Assembly (NCBI RefSeq): GCF_001194135.2
Contig: NC_068985.1
Coordinates: forward strand, 46,949,343-46,999,727
Direction of reading: 5' to 3'
DNA length: 50,385 nt
DNA from: Octopus bimaculoides
Lineage: Eukaryota
Shown here: positions 40,088-50,385 of the stretch, in pieces
Layout of the letters: each line of letters starts with the position of its first letter
Numbering within the stretch: the first letter of the stretch is position 1
Program-made: the position numbers and the translations under genes
Notes under the pieces: model-generated
What the model saw: only the letters and a program-made list of their open reading frames with translations
Told to the model about the DNA's origin: nothing
Databases searched by the model: none

Positions 40088-40720
40088 CGAGGGGAAACCA
40101 AAAATTAATCCGCGCTTTCGCCATAACATATCTTTATTATAATCACACTGCCTTCTGCGCATGCCTGCTTATAGTCGGTACTATTGTGGTAACGTGATCG
40201 AAGTTTGACCCTGATCGTGCAAATTTTCTTTCAGTGTACCAAAGAAGAACGAAAAGCAGTGATCCGATTTCTGTGGTCGAAAGGTGTGTCAGGTGCTGAA
40301 ATACATCGAAGGACTTTAGCACAATACAGTGGCAGTGCGCTACCACGTAGAAGACTGTATGAGTGGATAGAGAAGTTTGAAAGTGGCTCGACATGCGTGA
40401 CACACGAAGAAGTAGCAGGACTCCCGTCAACCCTCACCACAGACGAGAAGAGTCAGCATACTCGAGAGATGGTATTGTTCAACCGGTTCACCATTACCAT
40501 CACTCGGATCACTGCTCTTTAGTTCTTCTTTGGTGCGTATTGCTAGTAGAGAGGCCATGCTTACACTGTACAGCCAGAAAGAAAAATGGCATGATCAGCC
40601 TCAGACTTCGACCACGTGACCACAATAGTACCAACTATAAGTACGCGTGCGCAGAAGGCAGTATGACAATTATAAAGATATGTTATGGTGAAAGTGCGGA
40701 TAACCTTTTACTTCCCCTCG
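40088..40720 (+). mobile_element. Non-autonomous mariner derivative with two inverted 5' ends
   Basis: TA|CGAGGGGAAACC...CTTCCCCTCG|CA termini. The ORF at 40205-40522 matches the mariner N-terminal HTH (TKEERKAVIRFLWSKGVSGAEIHRR...[10 protein letters not shown]...GLPST). Segment 40504-40720 is an inverted copy of 40088-40268. Confidence 0.88.
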
Positions 40721-40732
40721 CATATGCGTGCG

Positions 40733-40794
<62 letters not shown>

Positions 40795-40802
40795 GCTATC
40801 TA

Positions 40803-40833
<31 letters not shown>

Positions 40834-40835
40834 GC

Positions 40836-40885
<50 letters not shown>

Positions 40886-41419
40886 GATGTCCATAAGCGT
40901 ATGTGTGTGCTTCTGTGTTTTCATGTGTATGTGTGAATGAGTAACAATATGTAAATTCAAAGATTTCAAAAACCTTACGCTATACACGCCAACGATTATA
41001 TAAGTCTATGTGGGGTTCTGTTTGAGACATGTTTTCTGGGTGTATGTGTGCGTGCGTTCTGTATGTAAATGTGTGAGTGCATGTTCCAAGTTACGTGCGT
41101 AGGCGCTGTGCGTGTTTGTACGTGTTTGTGTCTAACATTTACAGGTGAATCTGGTAAAAATCTGTTGGATATATTTAAAAATATTATATGTGGTATTAAA
41201 TGTTGAAGCCAAGCATATCAGGGCATGAAAACCGATTTCAGTGACTGCTCTGTATATCTGTTCAACAAACACAACGTATACTGCAAATACAAAAACAAAA
41301 ACTACAACAACTAAACAAATCCAACTGCCAAATCACCTTAACATTTCATGCGACCAGCTGGAAGCTGTCACATTTCTACTAAGTTACCTCTTTTACTTAT
41401 ATAAAAGGAAGGTATACTA

Positions 41420-41619
41420 TGATTCTTTCAACAATAGGCACAAGGCCTGAAATTTTGATGAGCGGCTAGTCAATTACCCCGACCTTAGTACTCAACTGGT
41501 ACCCCGAAAGGATGAAATGCAAAGTCGATGCCGGCAGAATTTGAACTCAGAACGTATCGACGGGCGAAATACCGCTAAGCATTCCGTCCTGTGCGCTAAC
41601 GATTCTGCCAGTTCGCCGC
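41420..41619 (-). mobile_element. SINE family A
   Basis: CCCCGAAAGGATGAAATGCAAAGTCG...GAATTTGAACTCAGAACG...AACGATTCTGCCAGTTCGCCGC. Confidence 0.85.
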
Positions 41620-42272
41620 TTCAGGAAGCTGTACTATAATGCGGAAAATATAGTCCTTACTACACTATACACTACACACTGACCACGATGCAAGATTAAA
41701 TTCACTTCACGCAACTAAGGTTCAACACTTGTGCCAATTTCTTTAAGCTAATTAAGCCTCTCATTGCGTCATTAGTATATGTTGATGGGCAACGCACCAA
41801 CTCTGCCTTCCTAAACATTCAGTCTTTCCTTATTTGTGAATAACATGTCGCTTTACATGTCACCCAGGTTTAATTTTAGTTCTTCCATTAGAAATAGAAG
41901 ATAGTTACTCCGTTTTTGGCAATACGCATGAAGGTGACTTTTCTTTTATGCCTTTGACTTTTTATAAACATGTCCGGTAGATATGCTTTTATTTACCAAT
42001 TATTCTATTTTGTTGTTACAAAATTTTATTTTGCCGCGTAGATGAATTTTTGTCTATTTTAATTATATTCATGATTTGAAATCTGTTGCAAATCAAATAC
42101 AAAATCTATAATTTTGTTCGCTGTGTTTTTTTTTTATTTGGTAAATAAAATTATTGCATGCACGAGTTGTTTTTTGTTGCTTTTGTTAAAATCAAGTCAT
42201 TAATCTCACAGACATCTCAAACATTGATGCTACAATAATTCGCTCGGTGCAATAATTAATCATATTGTAAAT

Positions 42273-42500
42273 GGTGGTGAATTGGCGTGTTCGTTAGTGC
42301 GTTGGGAAAAAAAAAACGGTCTGCGATATTTGCTCAGGCTCTTTACTTTCTGCGTTCAAATACCGCCGAGATCAAATTTGCCTTTCATCCGTTCAGGCTC
42401 GATAAAATAAAAATGCAAGCCAAGCACGAATGGCGATGTAATCAACCAATCCTCTGCCCCAACCAACAAATCGCTGGCCTTGTGCCTAAATCAGAAACCA
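42273..42500 (+). mobile_element. SINE family A, diverged
   Basis: GTTCAAATACCGCCGAG..TTTGCCTTTCATCC...GCTGGCCTTGTGCCTAAATCAGAAACCA. Confidence 0.75.
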
Positions 42501-43243
42501 TTACTTAGACTGCTTTTACCATTATTTAGACTGCCATTGTCTTTAAGTGTTTCCCAGATTTGTTAGTATTCTGTCTAGTAATATTGGTCTAATTCAGCTT
42601 TTCCATTCCTTGTGCAAAAGCCGGGGCTTTTTCAATAATTTAGTGAGTGTTTGACAGACACGTTTGAAAGTGAAATGGACCTTACTAGGATTCATACTCA
42701 GCATTCAAAAGACGTAAAACATTTAAATCCGTAAAACATTTCGCTGTTTCTGGTCAAGCAAATGACCCCCAATTTAAGGGCAGGAGAACCTGTGCTCAAG
42801 ATATACTCGCCTTGACCATATTGTCTTTTATTGTCTGTATAGCTCACCGAGGTTTACAACATCTAAAGTATCCTCTTCTTTCCGGTGTATTTTGAGAGGC
42901 GTTTAGCTGTTATTTTTAACAGAACGACCAATTTCGAAGGAGATTTGTCGATCGCTCATAGTAGTTCTTGCAGACATACACTGTGTTAAATATCTGTGAT
43001 ATATTAATGGCCTTTTCAAATGCAGGAATTAGTGTAAATTCCCAATGGTGCCTATTAAATGGTAATGTTGATTTGTATTGAAGCGATAACACTACGGCCC
43101 CTCCTTAAACATTTCAAATGATGACTTCTGCATCGATGAAATGGCTTTGTAGCCTTTGTTTTCAATACCGTTTTTGTTTCAGTCAATAAATCTGCTGTAG
43201 CTGCTGCTGTTGCTGCTGCTGTCTTTCTGGTTGCTGAGGATGT

Positions 43244-43244
43244 G

Positions 43245-43290
<46 letters not shown>

Positions 43291-43296
43291 TTATCA

Positions 43297-43382
<86 letters not shown>

Positions 43383-43604
43383 GTTGCTGTTGTTGTTGTT
43401 GTTTTTATTACTATAGAGTGGAGAGCTGGACGAAATTCTTAGCGGTATTTCGCCCGTCGCTACGTTCTGAGTTCAAATTTCGCCGAGGTTGACTTTGCCT
43501 TTCATCCTTTCGGGGTTGACAAAATAAGTACCAGTTGAGAACTGGAGTCGATATAATCGACATATCTCCATCCCCGCTTAGCTGCCCTTGTGACAAAAAT
43601 TTGA

Positions 43605-43640
<36 letters not shown>

Positions 43641-43657
43641 TATTATTATTATTATTA

Positions 43658-43703
<46 letters not shown>

Positions 43704-44288
43704 NNNNNNNNNNNNNNNNNNNNNNNNNNNNNNNNNNNNNNNNNNNNNNNNNNNNNNNNNNNNNNNNNNNNNNNNNNNNNNNNNNNNNNNNNNNNNNNNN
43801 NNNNNNNNNNNNNNNNNNNNNNNNNNNNNNNNNNNNNNNNNNNNNNNNNNNNNNNNNNNNNNNNNNNNNNNNNNNNNNNNNNNNNNNNNNNNNNNNNNNN
43901 NNNNNNNNNNNNNNNNNNNNNNNNNNNNNNNNNNNNNNNNNNNNNNNNNNNNNNNNNNNNNNNNNNNNNNNNNNNNNNNNNNNNNNNNNNNNNNNNNNNN
44001 NNNNNNNNNNNNNNNNNNNNNNNNNNNNNNNNNNNNNNNNNNNNNNNNNNNNNNNNNNNNNNNNNNNNNNNNNNNNNNNNNNNNNNNNNNNNNNNNNNNN
44101 NNNNNNNNNNNNNNNNNNNNNNNNNNNNNNNNNNNNNNNNNNNNNNNNNNNNNNNNNNNNNNNNNNNGTGTTATGCCTAGGGTACCATATATTTGGATTT
44201 GTACAGTTTTGTTCAAGTGAATGTTTAAGAAACCATAAGAAAATTATGTTTGCTTTAAAATTTGAGATCACATAGACAGTATTTTACG

Positions 44289-44362
<74 letters not shown>

Positions 44363-44365
44363 CAT
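43244..44365. repeat. (ATT)n/(AAT)n microsatellite field with an embedded SINE and a gap
   Basis: Direct reading. Confidence 0.9.
43417..43607 (+). mobile_element. SINE family A
   Basis: CGGTATTTCGCCCGTCGCTACGTTCTGAGTTCAAAT...GACTTTGCCTTTCATCCTTTCGGGG, with an (AAT)n tail. Confidence 0.85.
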
Positions 44366-44368
44366 TAA

Positions 44369-44583
44369 GGCGGCAAGCTGACAGCATCGTAAGGACGCTG
44401 GATGAAATGCTCAGCAGTATTTCGCCCGTCGCTACGTTCTGAGTTCAAATTCCACCTAGATTGACTTTGCCTTTCATCCTTTCGCGATCGACAAATTAAG
44501 TACCAGTGAAACACAGGGATCGATGTAATCGACTTATCACCTCCCCCAAAATGGCTGCCGTTGTGGCAAAATTTGAGACCATT
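44369..44583 (+). mobile_element. SINE family A
   Basis: Full-length copy between (ATT)n tracts. Confidence 0.85.
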
Positions 44584-44632
44584 ATTATTACTATTACTTT
44601 TATTATTATAATAATTATTACATCAAAATAAC

Positions 44633-45055
44633 GGGTGGTGGATTGCTAGAGGTTCAGACAAAATGATATGCTGAGTTTACTTATTACATTTTTCATTCTG
44701 ACTTTAAATCACACAAATACCTACTTACCTTATATGTTGTGAGTGTCGATAAAGTACCAGTCAGATACTGGTGTTGATTTAATCCGTCTTTTAAAATTAC
44801 TGGCGCGGTACCTACGTTAAGAATTACTATCATAATATCGAAATAACAGTAGTGGCTCAGCAGAATTCTTAGAGCATTGAATAAAATACCCTGCAGAATT
44901 TTTTCTAAGCTTTCCTTACGTTACGAGTGCTTATCTCACTGATTTTTTTTTCTTTCAAACGTTCTTGATCGATAAATTAATATCAATCATGTGCTTGAGT
45001 TTAATGCAATGGATTGTTTCATCCTCCTAAATAGCTGATGGTGTGCTAATGTTAG
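44633..45055 (+). mobile_element. Two heavily decayed family A-like copies in tandem
   Basis: Residual GTCGATAAAGTACCAG..ACTGGTGTTGAT (44745-44780) and GATCGATAAATTAATATCA (about 44970), each with a decayed head. Confidence 0.5.
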
Positions 45056-45155
45056 TGATCATTACTACATCGAACTATCTCAGCCAGTAAACAAGTACAG
45101 AAACAATTGATACTTGTTGCTTTAATAAGTGAATTAATATTACAGATCGACTTAG

Positions 45156-45368
45156 GGCAGTGAGTTGACAGAATCGTCAGCAACCCGGTCAAAATGATTA
45201 ACAGCATTTCGCCCGTCTTTATGTTCCGAGCTGAAATTCTGCAGAGGTCGACTTTGGTTTTCATCCTTTTGGAGTCTATAAAATAAGTACCAGTTGAACC
45301 CTGAGATCGATCTAATCGATTTACTCCAACCCGAAATTGCTGGCCTTGTGCCAAAATTTGAAACCAGT
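45156..45368 (+). mobile_element. SINE family A
   Basis: GGCAGTGAGTTGACAGAATCG...GAAATTGCTGGCCTTGTGCCAAAATTTGAAACCA. Confidence 0.85.
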
Positions 45369-46180
45369 ATCATAGATTGATAAAGCTTATATGCAAATTC
45401 TATTGAGGAAAAAAAAACAGTGATAGCCTTCAAAATAATTTGGTTTGATACTATATTTGCATCTTCATTATTGGGTTATCGATATTGTTATTGTTATCGC
45501 TGTTGTTTATTTTTATATAGATCACGCCTGATTAAGCAGATCTATGACCAAGAATGTGTGATCAACCCCTCTTTATAAATATCTATGAAAGTTCTTTCCC
45601 AAGCTCCTTATTTTCTTTTAATACGTTACGTGATGATATAAGGTAAAGTTCGCTCAATATGAAATTCTTTCGTATGACATTAGCCAAAGTACCTCGATCA
45701 ATTTCAAATTAATGATGCTTTACCTGGTATCGCTCATGTAATATCAAATTGTTTCTGCGTTATATCGTTATCTACAAATATATTTTTAAAGCACTGTAAT
45801 TATCTCCAGTTATCAATGTCACATTGATCTTTTGTGCTGATGCAGAAAACGTTCGAAGGAGTGTTCCGTGTATCCTGACTGATTTGTTCATATATAATTA
45901 GTGAAGACATCACCACAGTATAAAATGCCATTTTCAAGGCATTTGTCGTTTAGGGAGCAAAGCTTTTTATTTTGGTATTTGTATGTCGGTTACTTTCGCT
46001 TTCGATTGTTAGCAATATTTATCCTGGAATATGTCTATGATAGAGAATCCATTTATAATAGAATATATAACACCCAGCTAATATCATATATAATGTACTT
46101 TCTTTCAAATGTTATATTTGCATGGAGATACATGCTCAGACATGCCTATCTATCTATCTATATATCTATCTATCTATCTA

Positions 46181-46213
<33 letters not shown>

Positions 46214-46258
46214 GCGTCCGTCCGTCTGTCTGTCTGCCTGTCTCTCTCTTTATCTATC

Positions 46259-46412
46259 TCGCTGTGATATAAGAAGCTTGCTTCCTAACCATATTGTTCT
46301 GGATTCAGTCCCACTGCGCCTCACCTTGGACAAGCGTTTTCTACTATCATGTTTGGCTGACCAAAGCTTTGTGAGTGGATTTTGTAGATGGAACCTGAAA
46401 GAAGCGCGTCGT
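46259..46412 (+). mobile_element. SINE family B, 5' half
   Basis: GCTTGCTTCCTAACC...CAGTCCCACTGCG..CACCTTGGACAAG...GTGAGTGGATTTTGTAGATGGAACCTGAAAGAAGC, then (TA)n. Confidence 0.8.
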
Positions 46413-47543
46413 ATATATATATATATATATATATGCTGAATTAGAAAAGTAACTTTGCACTGTAAAAGATTATATATTTCACACACGATATTGAGATTAT
46501 ATGGATTTTATCACATTTCTAGGTAATTTGACACCAGGAAGATGTCACTGACTCACAACACCACTCTCTTTTGAAAACACAAGGATTGCATGTAAGGTTC
46601 GAACAAGCTCACTTTTCGACGACATGGTAATGCTCACCAGCGCATCTTAATGAAAAGCATAATGCCCATGCAAAAAGTCGCCCAAATTTGTCAGCCTATC
46701 ATTCGTTTGTCGAATGCAGCAAACATGCTAAGACTGATAGGAAATCAGAGGGGGCAAGGCGTCGGATATTTCCATGTTGATCAACGTCCATGGGTCATTC
46801 CGAGAGAGTGATGAAAAGAGATGTTTACGCATGTGAAATAAAGAGGATCAAATAAGTGTAGTGAATAGAAGGATATAGTAGAAATTGAAGACTAAAAATA
46901 TTGTTACACCCAGTTTCTCATTGTCGATCTTCGGTCAATATTTGGCTATGAGTAAGCGCTGAGTTCAACTACTTTGAATCTAATAGCACAACGGATACCG
47001 GTTGGATAATATACAGTACAAGAATCTTATTAGATATCGATATACGTGGTATTTAAAATTTATTAAGTACCACTAGTGTTATTAGAAAATTTTATCACAT
47101 TGTAAGTAAAATGAAAGGTGTGTACAGTTAATTATTTTCACTCTGACGTTTATATTCAGACATGAAACAATTTTATGGTGTGTTAGGTATCTTGATAGCG
47201 TAAAATATTTTCACGGTGTAAGATATTTTGTAAATATTTGCAATTTCATTGGGTACATGTGTTATATTTTTTTGTTTTCTCCATCATTTTACTTTTTATT
47301 TCTTATCTTATAATACATGGGCTTTATCAGAATTTCGTGCAGCTGTTAAATTCTTGCTTAGAGAGTTTGGTGAGCTTCAGGATAAACGACAATATTTCAT
47401 GAGGTTTTATCTCGCAATATACATATACTTACATACAAACCCAGGCATATATGCATATATAATTTGATAAATAATATTCTGGAAAAAAATAAAAATAGTC
47501 CAACACAGAAGTCTGGCCAAACTGATGGCCCACTGTACTGGGC

Positions 47544-47595
<52 letters not shown>

Positions 47596-47639
47596 CTCCT
47601 TTATATATATATATTGTTTGAGGGCGAGTTATTAGGTGT

Positions 47640-48170
47640 TAGATTTATTCTATTTGCTTGTTGGCTGTCATGTTTTATGTGCTGCTATTTTTCCTAGTTT
47701 CGTAGAAGGCATCTAGCTTATTACTGTTGATCAAGGCTATGATGGTAGTTAGGTTACTCTACTCTAAGTTTATTCTTAAAGATTCCTGAGTATTTGTTAT
47801 TTAAGTTCAGGTGCTTATCTATAAGTCTCATTCTGGAGTGAACTATATTAGATTTAAGATTTAAGCTGTATCGCGAAGTGGATTATTAACCAGATCTTAC
47901 CACTATTTCGTTTATTTTTAATATTATTATTTTTGGTGTAGAAGCTGTCCTCAATATTCGTGTAGAGTGTAAAGTTGCTGTTATGATTAAAATATTTGTT
48001 TCTATAGTTATTTATATTTCTATTATTGTTCTTGTCAGTTTTATTGGGGTTATTTCTATACGGTTTTCTTAAGTTACATGGCTTGGTGCTATCATTCTAA
48101 ATTGGAGTTATATTGATTCTTTGGCGTTCGTTATTATCATTCTTACTAATATTAAGATTATTATTTTTAA

Positions 48171-48245
<75 letters not shown>

Positions 48246-48280
48246 TATTATTGTTATTGTTGTTGTTGTTGCTGTTGTTG

Positions 48281-48340
<60 letters not shown>

Positions 48341-48645
48341 GTCGTGTTAGTATTCTTAATTTTATTAATTTTCATTGTTGGTATTACTTTTGTTATCATT
48401 TTTAATGTTGTTAGTTATCTTATTTTGAATCTTATCCTTAGTTCTACTGTTTTTTTTTTTGGTTTGCTATTATTGGTGTTAATCTTATCTATGTTGTTCA
48501 TATCGTTGGTGTGGTTGGTAGTTTCATTTGGAGTGTGGTTAGTGTTATGATAATTGTCTTGGGAATTTATGTTGTTCCGGTTATTTGCATAGTGTTCTAA
48601 GTTCAGGCATTTAATTTGTTTATAACCTGCTTTTTCTAATGCGAA
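47640..48645 (-). mobile_element. Penelope-like retroelement ORF remnant (end of RT to the linker before GIY-YIG), frameshifted
   Basis: Manual translation gives FALEKAGYKQIK (about 48640-48605), then an Asn-rich tract including the (AAT)n run, then KRNSGKIW...KSNIVHSRMRLIDKHLNLNNKYSGIFKNKLRV...PN.TIIALINSNKL. This resembles the PLE pattern AL.K.GY ... RK..IWFNPP...LIDKHF...IFN.N..KVSYS..PN...II..HN, recalled from family knowledge. Confidence 0.7.
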
Positions 48646-48649
48646 GAGG

Positions 48650-49190
48650 CAGACACGTGGAAGTCATGCTAATAACTAACTACGAGACCTTAGATTCAAC
48701 CGAACTCTATTCTTCATCTTCCTCACAATAGATTTAATGAACTTTGAACCTAACTAAAATGTAAGACTTTCGAACCATTGAACATTTTCTTTTCCGGTTT
48801 CTCTCTCTCTATCTTACGCTCTATTCTCCTCTTTGTCTAACTCTGCCTTCTTCTTTCTGATGACGTCTACCATTTGCAACGAGATAAATACATATTTACC
48901 TCAACATGGTACACAGAAACAGCTGTAAATTCACTCATACCCTCACTTTGCTTAACTAATTAAATAAGAGCTTTTTAGCACCAAAGACACACTTCTCGTT
49001 GTTGTTTTTCCTCTATTTTCTTATCGTCTATTTATACATTAAACTACGGTCTACCTTGCAAATTACCTGCAGCCGTATACCTTATACCAAGGACCATACT
49101 TACTGCGGTAATTACCAGGAGTGCCTTTGGATACATCTATCGCTTAGAGGATTTCAACATCTCTAACTTATACTTATATATACATATATA
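48650..49190 (+). mobile_element. Probable inverted PLE 3' end / pseudo-LTR abutting the ORF remnant
   Basis: It contains the 48851-48933 hammerhead motif, a pyrimidine-rich segment and a (TA)-rich end. The first codons (SHANN*LRDL) loosely resemble a PLE C-terminus. Confidence 0.45.
48851..48933 (+). ncRNA. Degenerate type I hammerhead ribozyme motif
   Basis: CTGATGA (48857-48863), helix II CGTCTACCAT/ATGGTACACA (8/10 paired), GAAA (48916-48919), palindromic helix III ACAGCTGT, then GUA. The 10.1-11.1 pair is C-A and helix I is only about 2 bp. Confidence 0.65.
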
Positions 49191-50012
49191 TTCAAATATT
49201 AATTATAGTAAAAGGGTAAAATCAATAATAATCATACCGTGTTCAGTGCGGAAATAAAAACCTCATAGGTAAATTTTACAAAATATTTTATAATTTTATA
49301 CATAATTATAACAAGGGGTCGGCTTTACGCCTCCCCACGCACTGCAAGAAATAGACTCTAAAGCCCCCATTTCCACCTTAAAATTACCGAGAATAACACA
49401 CTATATTGTAGGCGAGCAAAAGAAAAATAATGAATCGACAAGGTTCGGCAAACTGTGTAATATTAGCTTTCTAGTGGCTATGAGTTATATTGACTCTTAT
49501 TTCTAGCAATACTGGTGCTGGCTAGTGCCCTTAGTCACTTTTGTGACGGCTAAGCAAGAATGTCGTTGATGATAACTTCGAAGTTTCGGCCAGTAAATCG
49601 ATTGTCGAAACTTTGAAGTCAATGTCAACAACGTTTGTTTAAGAATAGTGAATTTGTACCCTACCTAAGTATAGAGTATCCCATCAGATTAATGTAAAAT
49701 TGCATTTATTATAACTGAACAAAAAACAAACAGTAATATACACGCATGCTTTTGTGTGTGCAGGTGTGTGTGCGCGCACGTGTATGTGTGCGTCTATGTA
49801 TCTGCGCGTGAGCACGTGCGTCCATATATACAAAAGGAACGTAGAAAATATAGCGATAATATTATGCCTTTGTATAAGGTACACGTGTTACACCCACCCG
49901 ACCGTCGGTAGGGCGTACGATTGCGGCTTCTATTACGCAGCACAATGCAGGCGACACACTAATGTTCAGTATTATTCGTAAATCGCTAATACTGATCTCG
50001 TTTTAATAACGG

Positions 50013-50039
<27 letters not shown>

Positions 50040-50044
<5 letters not shown>

Positions 50045-50385
50045 TATGTGTATTTCTTCTATCTTAATGAATAAAAATTCTTCTGATAGAATAAATGGTT
50101 TAATAGAGACCAATGTAGCAAAAAACACAAAATAACTGTGGTTAGCTCCTGTTTTTAAGGCAGGAACTCCTTGAAATTTTGGGTATTTGAGTATATTTAA
50201 GAATTTAAGGATTGGAGAAAACACATGTTATAACTGCATACTTTATTCCTACATATGTTTCAAAGGATTACAACCTGTGTGATCCATAGGGATCTTTGAT
50301 ATTAAAATTGTAACCTTCTCATCAGGGAAAGCATGGGAATCAAAGATGATTCCCATGCTTTCCCTGATGAGAAGGTTACAATTTT
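50040..50385. mobile_element. Probable Penelope-like pseudo-LTR / ribozyme-bearing terminal repeat, two units head-to-head
   Basis: A minus-strand unit carries the hammerhead and runs into (TA)n at about 50040. A perfect 39-bp inverted repeat (50304-50342 / 50347-50385) starts a second, plus-strand unit that runs off the window. Confidence 0.55.
50237..50335 (-). ncRNA. Type I hammerhead ribozyme motif, PLE/retrozyme type, catalytic core intact
   Basis: Minus strand reads CATGCTTTCC-CTGATGA(50325-50319)-GAAGGTTACAAT...GTTGTAATCCTTT-GAAA(50261-50258)-CATATG-TA-GGAATAAAGTATG. Helix II has 12 bp with one bulge, helix III is the palindrome ACATATGT, the cleavage triplet is GUA, and helix I is 4 bp + TAA bulge + 6 bp. 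Folded by eye. Confidence 0.85.

Larger units (their letters stand above)
2663..44167. other. Thirteen assembly gaps (N runs) dispersed across this span
   Basis: 2663-3212, 4228-4937, 6563-7047, 12468-13108, 15734-16591, 22344-22987, 24557-24633, 27910-28662, 29728-30226, 31277-31310, 37091-37528, 38731-39212, 43704-44167. Confidence 1.

Noticed and set aside
134-48550. Long low-complexity ORFs in the six-frame track (poly-YI, HT, CV, D, I, L, X)
   Set aside because: They are translations of microsatellites or N-gaps, open in several frames at once. The exception is the poly-Asn tract discussed under the PLE.

Overview
This is AT-rich animal genomic DNA, most likely from an octopod cephalopod. 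That assignment is inferred from the dense (TA)n/(CA)n/(AAT)n/(TAGA)n microsatellites and recurrent tRNA-derived SINE families, not from a database search. Thirteen N-gaps (about 6.6 kb) nearly all sit next to simple repeats. No host protein-coding exon, rRNA, intact tRNA or CRISPR array can be supported, and nearly all long ORFs in the track are microsatellite or N artefacts. The recognisable content is transposon-derived: a decayed CR1/L2-group LINE (8.7-10.7 kb), two mariner remnants (one a 5'-5' fold-back), the 3' end of an R4/Dong-type LINE, a Penelope-like element (PLE) remnant and more than 20 SINE copies in several families (my labels A, B, C, plus D and E, whose class is less certain). 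The most notable signal is at the right end: two type I hammerhead ribozyme motifs with palindromic helix III and unusually long helix II. One has an intact core and sits in a perfect 39-bp head-to-head palindrome. The other is degenerate and lies inverted next to the PLE ORF remnant.
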